DNA of 64,000 nucleotides from Eremomyces bilateralis CBS 781.70 (Eukaryota): NCBI GenBank assembly GCA_010015585.1, contig ML975155.1; one strand, 5' to 3'. Shown piece by piece: positions 36,287 to 45,962 of this stretch (position 1 is its first letter; each line of letters starts with the position of its first letter). The notes under the pieces were generated by a model. It saw only the letters and a program-made list of their open reading frames with translations, ran no database searches and was not told where the DNA came from. The position numbers and the translations under genes were made by a program.

Positions 36287-37751
36287 TCACCGCTCTTTCC
36301 TCCAGGGTATATGTACATCAAACTCATCAGCAACTCTCATAGCCGAAACCATGCAACCTTCTAAAAGCACCATACCATCCCAACACCACCCGCCCACCAG
36401 CCAGATATTATCGTCTCCGTTTCTCCACTCTGTGTCGCCCCCTTCACCAGCGCCCGAGTCCGGTTTGTCCATTATTCTGTTGATGACGTCCCTACTCGAA
36501 GGACTCCTCAGAACACGGGTAAATGTTGTAGAACTAATCACCGTCTCATCCGACAGGGGTGTCAATGGACAGGTCGTAACGACAACTTCTGACGGCAGGA
36601 AATGCGCCGCCTCCGTATGCCCAGACCTCAAACAGGACCTAATATTGATCAGCTGCGCCCTCACCGGTCCAATCTCAGTAGTGCTGATATCCGAACCATC
36701 CAGAGCTTTGTTAGGACTGTCTTTCGTGCAGGCGTCACGGGTATGCACCACAGATTTGACCCGGGTCGTCGGGATGCAGCTGGTAGCTTTTTGCAGGGGC
36801 GCAAATATCTCGCCAACCACGTCTGGAGCAACCGCTAGCACCACTCGATCGAAGTCCTCAGTGATGGTTTCCTCAAGTTCCCCATCGCCCATCTTACGCC
36901 ACGAAACAGAACACTGGCCTTCATCTGTTTTCACAGATATAACCCTGGAGCGGAACCGGACACGAATATCTCTTGCTAGAAGCGTCTGTACGTCCTTTAC
37001 CCCGTTCGACACGGTATAATGTGGGGCACCATGTGTTTGTAGTTTGTAATCCACCACATCTCGCGCTGGAAATTGGAGGAGGACATCGCGGGGGCATGTG
37101 GTGACACTGGCGATCAGTGGCAGAAGATAACGAGACGAGAAGTATAGGGGAAGCCGGATTCGCCTTGTATAATCTTCCAACGTTTCAGACAACCCCTCTG
37201 AGTTGGCTTCCAGCGGAGCCATAAGGAGGCAACATACGGTGAACCACGAATACCAGAAGAGTAGATACATTATCTCCATGATATGGCTGACCAAGTCCAC
37301 TCCGGCAGGTCGAGGCGGGGGTATCCGATGGTTATTGGAAGCGTGGATGAAGTAAGGTTCCTCCGAGAGCGGAGGATGGTTCTGGTCGTGTCCTTTAAAT
37401 TCGGAGAATGCGAAGAGAAATGGCTGCGAATGGTATGATATTTCTAGGAAATCGTACATCGCTTTGAGGTTGTTGTAGTATCCTCCAGCGAATGCGCGCA
37501 TTGGAACATCGATTCGTTCGGAATGGGTATTCGACCTTGTTGGAACCGAGACAGAGGCAGAGTCAAGGGACAGCTTATCGCCCTATGCCATGTCAGTGAT
37601 CTAGAATTCATTGCGATGAGGTGTAGCTCACTTGTTCGAGGACGGTGACATCGTACCGCTCTCGCTGGTCTCTGTTCAGCAGGTATGCAGTAACCAACCC
37701 GGCCATGCCAGAGCCGACGATTGCGACTCGAGTTCTGCGCTTCTCCTCCAT
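36287..37751 (-). CDS. FAD/NAD(P)-binding oxidoreductase, COG2907/amine-oxidase-like, intron 37583-37631
   Basis: Exon 1 RVAIVGSGMAGLVTAYLL..YDVTVLEQ; then RIDVPMRAFAGGYYNNL, FDRVVLAV and C-terminal IWLVGGWCWDGMVLLEGCMVSAMRVA. Confidence 0.85.
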
Positions 37752-38216
37752 GGCTATCAACTCTTTTCTTCTGGCCGACCAGCGGTTCCAGAAACGTGGA
37801 AAGAAACTGTGGAGAGATCCAGAATAGAGAAAATCACATGAACGAATTCATCTTATCAGGGCCTTAGGTACGCGATCCAACGAGTGTTCTTGACGCTCAA
37901 CTTATCGACAACGCGATAGAACTAGGAATCACTCAAGTGTACATTAATAATATGCGACAAGAGAAAGGTGAGAGACGTAACTGGGTGAGGCGCAATTTTC
38001 GCCTTCAAGCGGATGGACTAATATCCGTGACATCACGAGATTTGCAGCAGCCCGGCGGGGCATCGGGAGCTAAATCATCCCGCGGTCCGATTCACTCGCC
38101 CGTAACGATCTCCTTAGTACTCCGTCCTTACACTATTATGTTCCTATTAAAATCGATAATATTGGAGATCAAATCTTTCAGGAGTTGGTGAATGTAACTT
38201 CCAACTCCTGCAGGTA

Positions 38217-39569
38217 CAGTACTAACGCAAAAGTCTGCGCGTGCGGGGTCTCCCCGCCAAATTCCTCAAACCATACAGAAACAATCAGTGGGCATAACTT
38301 TCTTACCAATACCGTGAGCTCTATATAAATCAGCCTATTAGATCGGAAATTTCACAAGGATTTCAGCGATACTAATTTCGTCGTATTTAATATTTAGTTT
38401 GCCACCCTCCCGCATCGATCACCGCCTGCAGGCGATCCGGCATGCTCTGAACCACCGCAATAAAGCAACGCTCCTCAATTAATCGCCAACACTCCTGGAG
38501 AGCCTCTCCTATGGCCTCACGTACGGCCTTTTCACCTTTGATATCATATATCTCCGGGAAAAATTCGTGGAGCTTCTCCTTCAGCCACCGCCAGATGTGC
38601 TCGATGGGGTTCAAATCCGTGCTGTACGGGGCCAATCCATCACGGTAATCCCCTTCTCCGCAAACCAATCGCGCACCGAATGGACTGTATGAATGGGGGC
38701 GTTATCGTGTTGAAAGTCAAGACCCGGATCCCACATTTCAGCCAATTCGTGATCAAGACAGGCGAGTTACGACTCCGCAGAGTAGCCCTGCTTTTTCGCG
38801 ACGAAATCGCGGTCAAGGACCACCATACGACTCCTCCCGCCGGTTATAGAGAACGCTCCCCATACCATCACGCTCACATCTTTCCCCTTTTTATATGTCT
38901 GGATCATTTTGGGGTCCCATTTCTGTGCGGGCGTGCGGAACACCCATTCCCGTTTCTTGCCCTTTCCGCGCTCTACAGAGCACTCATCCGACCATATGAT
39001 ATTTCTCCAACGGTCCAGATCCCATCCAATTCGCGTCCGGGCCCAGACTAATCGTATGCTGGCGTGTTCGGGGGACAAGGCAGGGCGCTTTTTGGCAAGC
39101 CAATTGGTGATATTCGCGGACTTTAGGATGCGGTAGGCCGTGTCGTGGGAAATCGAGAGACCGGCCTCCCTGATAAGGTGAGGGTAATTAATCGTGGGTT
39201 TTACCCGTGCGATTCGAATTAGCAACCGTTTATCTCGCTCAGAGTATATTTGAGGTCTTCCACTACGTGGTGCTGATGCTCCATGGGGGCGGTTTGGGAA
39301 ACGGTTCACCACCGTCCTGACGGTCGACTCAGGCAATTCAGTGGCACGGGCGGTCTGGGTAGGCGTTTTTCCTGCTAAATGAAGTCCAAAAACGATGCCT
39401 CTTGATCGAGGAGATAACTCTTGATTACGACGACGATTTACGTCAATTTGACGTAAAGGGTACGTGGAAACATATATAATATATTATCTAGAGAAGATGG
39501 TGGAAAACGCGTCTTTTCGAACGCGTCGCGGAAAAACGTCGGGACGCGCAGACTTTTGCGGAGAGACTG
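38217..39569 (-). mobile_element. Tc1/mariner (Tc1/impala-like) DNA transposon, 1353 bp, TSD TA
   Basis: TIRs CAGTACTAACGCAAAAGTCTGCGCGT and CAGTCTCTCCGCAAAAGTCTGCGCGT, each flanked by TA; internal transposase. Confidence 0.93.
38387..39473 (-). pseudogene. DD34E transposase with two single-base frameshifts and one premature stop
   Basis: HTH with SGRP, WSDEC, VMVWGAF, FQHDNAPIH and WPPYS(T)DLNPIEHIW. Missing C at ~39458-39460 and ~38628-38631; TAA at 38767-38769. Confidence 0.9.
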
Positions 39570-39722
39570 TACAGTTGAAGATGCACTTTACTGGTCCAAT
39601 GTGGCTGGATTCTAGTAACACAACATCGACATCCTTGTCGTACGTCCGAGTGACAGATATCATGTCTATTAATCATCGCGAACCTTTAACTACTAGCTAA
39701 GTAACACTAACATGACAACTAT

Positions 39723-40060
39723 GACGAGCAGGAATGGAAGGACTGGCACACCGTGCATGACGCCCATGAGTTCTAAAACTGTCAAGACTGTCGGGACTGG
39801 CGGGATTGGGAAAATTTCGTGGACGAGCAGGCGAAGCTGAAGGAGCTGGCAAAGCTAGGCGAGAAGGCCAAGATGAACAAGCTGGGCGAGCAGGACGAGC
39901 AGGACGAGCAGGACGAGCAGGCCAAGCTGCACAAGTTGGACGAGCGGGACGAGCGGGACGAGCAGGCCAAGGTGGACAATCTGGACGAACAGGACGAACT
40001 GGATGAGCAGGCCAAGCTGGATAAGCAGGACGAACAGGCTACGCAGGATGAACAGGAAGT
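39723..40060 (+). repeat. 9-bp minisatellite (GGACGAGCA/GGCCAAGCT variants) encoding DEQ/AKL tripeptides; decayed ORF
   Basis: Visible 9-nt period; in-frame TAA at 39774; TpA-rich flanks. Confidence 0.8.
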
Positions 40061-40919
40061 TAACTAGTTAGGCCTCAACTAACTAAGTTACACCTCGGCC
40101 TAACTTTAACTTAAGTTAACTAAGTTAGTTCTTAGTTTAACGGGACAGACGATAAGGATGCTAGGGTACGGTGCCATAAACTGATGAACAGCCTACAAGT
40201 CGATCAAATGCTACCATCCTGATCGTTGTGTAGATCGCATCTCGGTGGTTGCTCTGAACTCACTGAAGACTCCAGCAGCCTCAAAAGAGTTTGTAAATAC
40301 ACAGGGTACAATGGCATATCCCATGCCTTTTCATTCCAGCCATCCTCAGTCATCTTCTGTTTCAATTCTGAAGACTGGCCGAATCGGTCTAGAACATTCG
40401 TCATTTTATCTTGGTGGCCTAATTGTGCTATATGATCTGCTTTTATATGAGGTTCCCAAATTCCCCGGATCATGCTTATTGGCCTCCTTATGGAATGCCG
40501 CTGAATGTCTTTTTTATTGGGTCATATTACTGCATCGTATTCATGTTGGTTCAATCAGAGTTGAGTATCGACATGGCCCCAGAATGGGGTTTACAACGTG
40601 ATTTGCAACGGCCTCATCTCTTCTGGCTTACTGCATGCATTTTCAATATAAGTCCACTTAATCGCTTCTTGGTTCACTGCAGTCTCACACCTTACATCGA
40701 AGCAGAGGGAGAACATGGCGTATAACCGAAATTGGACCAGATATGGAGACGAAGGACTGGGTCAGCAATGGTCTTCTTCTTTGGAATTTGTCTGAAATCC
40801 TTCATAAACGAATCTTGCTATATAGTAAGCAAAGTGCAGTCTAACAATGGGGTTCTGGCACTCATTCAATCTTCTACCCCTCATTTCCTAGACAAGGGAG
40901 CCAAAACTCTCTGAGAATA

Positions 40920-42362
40920 ATGTATGTGTTACGGAGTACATAGCAGGCTTATCCAAGCGCTATGGCACGTTTTACTGACATATAATCCAGGACGGCAACA
41001 ACCCTCTTCTCCCTCTCCCTCGCCATCCTCTCGGTCGGCCGTAACAACCGCCACATCATCGGATGGGGCGCGGACCGTGGCCTATACCACTCCTCCTGGA
41101 ACGGACGCGACTCCACCGACGTCGGCACCCCCTCCTCCTGCCCCGCCTGGAACGTCCTCGGTGGCAAATTCAGCTCCGCCCCCGCGGCCGCCGCGTGGGG
41201 CAACGCGATCGACGTCGACGACGACCCTCTCCTCTCCACCTTCGCGGTGAACGACGACGGCAGCGTGTGGCACAAGTCTGCCAGCGCGGACAACGCGACC
41301 ACCTGGTCCGTCTGGGAGACTCTGGGCGGCGTGTTTCGGACCGACTCCCCGCCCGCGGCGAGCTCGTGGGCGCGCGACCACATGAGCGTGTTCGCGGTCG
41401 GCAAGGACGATTCGCAACTATACCATAGCGCGCATTTCAAGGGCCGCTGGACGCCGTGGCAGAGTCTCGGCGGGGAGTTCGCGAGCCATCCGGCGTCTGT
41501 TTCGTGGGGTTCGAACCGTCTCGATGTCTTCGGGATTGGGGCGGATACCGGGTTGTGGCACCGGAGTAACTCTGGGAATGGATGGGAGGGATGGGAACCG
41601 ATGGGGGGGGCCTTTACGAGCCCGCCAGCGGCGGTGTCGTGGGGACAGGGGCATATGTGTGTTTTCGGCGTTGGCACCAACAAGGAGATGTGGTACAAGT
41701 CGTGGGCTGGGACTGGATGGAGCAGCTGGCAGTCACTCGGAGGGAGCTTCCAGAGCACGCCGGGAGCCGTGTCAACAGGCAGCGGCAGGATGGACGTCTA
41801 CGGTGTTGGGACCGATGGGCAAGCATGGCATCGAGAATGGCGGGGCAATCGGTGGAGTGAGTGGGAGACATTGCGCGGGTCCTGTCGGAGCGCGCCCGGA
41901 GTCGCGACCTGGGACGATGGGAAAATATCCGTCATTTGTTCGGGGAGGCAGAATAAGATGGTTCACAAACAATGGGACGGCGGGAAATGGACGCCAGAAG
42001 GACCGGATTGGGAGGACTGTGGCGGATCGTTCATGCAGGCGCCTCCGGAGGAGAGCAGCGCTCCTCAAAGCACGCCTGCACAGGAGCCACAGCAGATCAT
42101 CACGGTCTACGAGACGGTCACTGTTACCGCGGCACCTGGTGGTCCTGCTCTAACGCAGATCGATTCGTCCTCGACAACTCCCGAGCCGACTGTCGGATCC
42201 GGGGATGAGCCCGAGTCGAAGTCGACGACGTCCATCACTTCATTCACCTCTCCTGACAATCCAAGGTCGAGATCAAGGATAGTGACAACCACATTCACGC
42301 TCTCTGTGAGCAAGGTCGTCAGTCCAGCCGATCCGGAAGCATTGTTCGGAAATTTGGAGTAG
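40920..42362 (+). CDS. Trp-rich beta-propeller lectin-like protein (PLL/fucose-lectin-type repeats) with Ser/Thr/Pro-rich tail; intron 40922-40990
   Basis: About 7 repeats of PAAVSWG..RLDVFG.G.D..LWH.....W..W.SLGG.F. The frame is open from 40992, and AT|GTATGT..CTGAC..CAG|G restores the ATG. Confidence 0.85.
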
Positions 42363-42747
42363 GATTGTGAAATCTGGGAAGTAGGAGGCCACCACAGCGA
42401 CGGCATTCTATTCATTCGACTAACTTCTGCTATCTGACCGCTGGGAGAAAGGTGCAGCGCAATCATAAGTTTCACCAGTCAATGCAATCGCAAGATATAT
42501 TGTCCTACATTGGCGTTATCAACGCCACCCGATAGCTCATGTAAAAGGCGTTGAATCCGGAAGTCTCAGATGATTCCGATGCACAGTCAAGCACGAGGTG
42601 CAAGGATTTGCTGATACAACCCACGAATGACGATACATACATTCATACAGCCAGAAAAGCAATTTTGGTTCCGAATTGGTCTAGACTCCGTAGTAGACTC
42701 TAGTAGGGGAGAAAGCCACTAGTTCCCGACGGCTCGGGACGCTCGTA

Positions 42748-42864
42748 CAGGCCCTGGTCACGAACGGGCTGGCACCCCCCCCAGCCTGTGCCATACAATG
42801 GAGGTTGAGTTGATAGAAGAAACAGGGGGGGGGGGGGTGCCAGCCCGTTCGTGACCAGGGCCTG
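42748..42864. mobile_element. MITE (117 bp), perfect 35-bp TIRs, TSD TA
   Basis: TA|CAGGCCCTGGTCACGAACGGGCTGGCACCCCCCCC ... GGGGGGGGTGCCAGCCCGTTCGTGACCAGGGCCTG|TA. Confidence 0.92.
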
Positions 42865-43059
42865 TAGCGGGTAGGTTAGAGGTTTAGAGTTGACGAGTCA
42901 TGGACATCAAAGGCGTGTCTTCGGCTGTCCCTGAGATGCAGTGGTGGCGCTCTACCCCTCTTCCAGTCAGTATTAAATCCCAAAGTCCTGGATATATCAT
43001 GATCGCATAACATTTCGTTCCCTTGCTCTTGTAGTCGTTAGTGACACTTGCTTCTCGTC

Positions 43060-44923
43060 ATGCCGATACTGGAAATCGATTGGAACGACCGCACCTCGAT
43101 CGTGGGTGCGGTGCTGGTGGCATATGCTGTGTACTGGGTTTTCGACGTTGTATACCTCCTCTGTTTCCACCCGCTGGCGAAGTTCCCGGGACCGAGGCTC
43201 CCGGTGATAACGGCGTGGTATACATTCTACTATGATGTTGTAAGGCCTGGCAGGATGATGTGGGAGATTGAGAAATGGCATAGGAAATATGGTAGGCTCC
43301 ACAAAGACACCTGAGCTACGACCCTGATGGTAACGGCACTTATGGTGTAGGCCCCATTATTCGGATTAACGCAGACGAGATCCACATCAAGGACTCGCAT
43401 TTCTACGAGACCTTGTATGCTCCCAAGGGTAGGAAAGCCGATAGATGGGCTCGGTTGAGTACCATGGTCGGAAGCCCAGAGAGCGTGTTCGCGGCTTCGG
43501 ACTCGAAGACCCATAAAGAGCGCCGAACCCCTTTGAACCCATTCTTTTCAAGAAGCACCGTTTCCAAGCTGGAGCCAGTTTTGCAGGAGAAGGTCTCGAA
43601 GCTTGCTACTCGACTGAAGGAGTTCGTTGGGGAAGGTGATGCTGCGCTGGCCAAAGCCCGAGCCGAGGAACGGAGAATCTCAGGCCGGGAGGAGGGATGG
43701 ACAGGTGGTAAGGAGATCCGGACTCGCGAACCCAAGCCAGACCCAAAAGGCGTCGTACGACTGGATGTAGCCTTTTTCGCGCTCACTCAGGACGTCATCT
43801 GCGATTATTCGTTCGCAAAGGACTGGAAGCACCTCGATCATACCCATTTCAATCCCGAAAATAAGGACTCGCAGACCGAAAGCTTGGAGTCAATAGGGTT
43901 CATTAGACTCTTCCCAATGTTACCAATATACCTGCAAGAGTTGCCTCGATGGGCCGCTGCCTTGGTTAGTCCGGCTTTCGCGATGCTTTTGGATTCCAAA
44001 CTCGCTATTCGAAAGGAGATCATCAAAATTATGGAAGGGAAAGTTGAAAAGGAGAGCAAGAGTGACAGAACCGTCTTCGATGCATTAATCAACAGCGACC
44101 TTCCACCAGAGCAAAAGTCTTTGAATCGACTGAACGCGGATGGTAATGTGTTGATTATAGCGGGCACAGACACGACGGCCAGAGCTTTGTCGTCCATTCT
44201 CTTTTATCTTTTGAAGGACAAGGAAATGTACGCTAAGCTCAAGGCCGCTCTGATGGAGGTGATGCCAGACCCGAACAATGTGCCCCCCTGGGTCGAGTTG
44301 GAGAAAATTCCGTACCTGGTAAGATTTGACTTTCAGCTTCTGATTTGAGGATGTCATGGTAACAGAAAATAGTACGGTTGCATGCGCGAAGGATTGAGGC
44401 TCTCACATGGTTTGACCAGTCGGCAACCTCGTGTATCCGATCAACCGATCAAGTACCAAGACTGGGAAATCCCACCGAATGTGAGTTCACATCCTTAGCT
44501 CTTGTGGTATCGACTAAGCCTGTGAAAGACCCCCGTATCGGAGTCTGCGTACTTCGTTCTCTCCGACCCGGAGATCTTCCCAGAGCCGGAGAAATTCATT
44601 CCAGAACGGTGGATGGGGACAGCAGCACAGAGGTCGAATCTCGAGAGATACATGGTGAGCTGGGGCAAAGGCACCCAACAATGCATTGGGATGCAGTACG
44701 TGACTCGACTTTTCTCATTAACATGCGGTCGAAACTGACGTACCTTTGAACTAGCCTCGCCACTGCGGAAATCGTGCTTGCTACCGCGGTCATTGTCAGG
44801 AGGTTCGAGATGGAGCTCTATCAGACTACATTAGAGGATGTGCAAGTGCACCACGATGCCTTTGTGGCTGCTGTGGTTCCATGGTCGAGGGGTATTCGCG
44901 CGGTGTTGACCGAAAGTGTTTGA
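43060..44923 (+). CDS. cytochrome P450 (trichodiene oxygenase/benzoate hydroxylase-like clan), 5 exons
   Basis: TM anchor plus HPLAKFPGP, KYGPIIRIN, I-helix AGTDTT, EGLR, FIPERW and heme loop WGKGTQQCIG. Confidence 0.9.
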
Positions 44924-45962
44924 ACTTCCGCGAGTTGGGGATGGGCAAACTCCCAATACTTGGGCTTCTTCATGTGTGGAATTGTACGCCTACATTCGTT
45001 TTGCGGGACTCACCTGTTCCGCCTAGCATCAGAAAAGTAGTAAAGACCGAGGGCGCATAGTAGATTAGCTGCTGTAGTCAGTGAAGACGGGTGCTCTAGT
45101 TCGACAGTTACTAGTCAATTCACCGGGCGTTTGTCCATCATCCCATGAGTTGCAAGAGTAGATGGGCAAAGTGCCGTTGGCAGTTGGCACATCCAAGCTA
45201 TGAAAGCCATCCCAACCGAACAAAATCCATCGCGCCACGTCGTCAAACGAGGCGAGCCATCACCTCATCGTAGTAGGTAGGATAGTCACACACCCTGGAC
45301 TGGAGGTCGGACTTTTTGATGCGGTGTACCTGCACGAACCTGTAGCAACCTGCAGAGTAGTCAAACTGCCGAATGTCTTGGAGTTCCCTCGTTTGTCGAG
45401 TTCAAACGAGCACACCGCTGTATATTGTACCTACTTATATAGGTTGATAGGGTTCGGATGAGAACCTGGGATGAGATGATGCAATGAAGTCCATGAAAGA
45501 CGCCATCAGTTATGACTGGAATGAAAATACGGTGAGGAAACCGTCATGGAAGAAAAATACGCAGACTCAGGTCCGTGTCGAACGAAGCCGTCATGGATAT
45601 TGGCGTTGCAAACAGATATGGACTGGAGAGATCATGGGAAAGTCTTCATGAGAAGGGATGAAGATCAACAAGGTAAGTTGAGAAGATAGTTTCGTTAGTC
45701 TCGTCAGTCGTCAGTATTTGATGATGAAATCCGATATCGAAGCTGGAGGGACGCCGGTCGACGCCGGATGAGAAGTGAGAACAACAGGGGTCGGGAGAGG
45801 TGAGAAGCGATTCCGCTAGCAAGGGGGCGCATTGGACACCTCAAGGGCCGAGGGGCAGCTGGAGTCCCTTGCTTGCTTGTTGCAATTGTTGACATCCAAA
45901 TTTATATCAAGCAATTGTCCGAACACTTCCTGAACTTTTACAATGCGCTGGAATTGGAAAGG

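Noticed and set aside
39820..40060. Repeat array as possible CRISPR
   Set aside because: Contiguous 9-bp units without unique spacers, eukaryotic context and no cas genes.
40204..40473. 89-aa minus-strand ORF
   Set aside because: Somewhat protein-like, but no recognisable family or gene structure.
45720..45935. ATGATGA box C-like motif, possible snoRNA
   Set aside because: No suitably placed box D or terminal stem.
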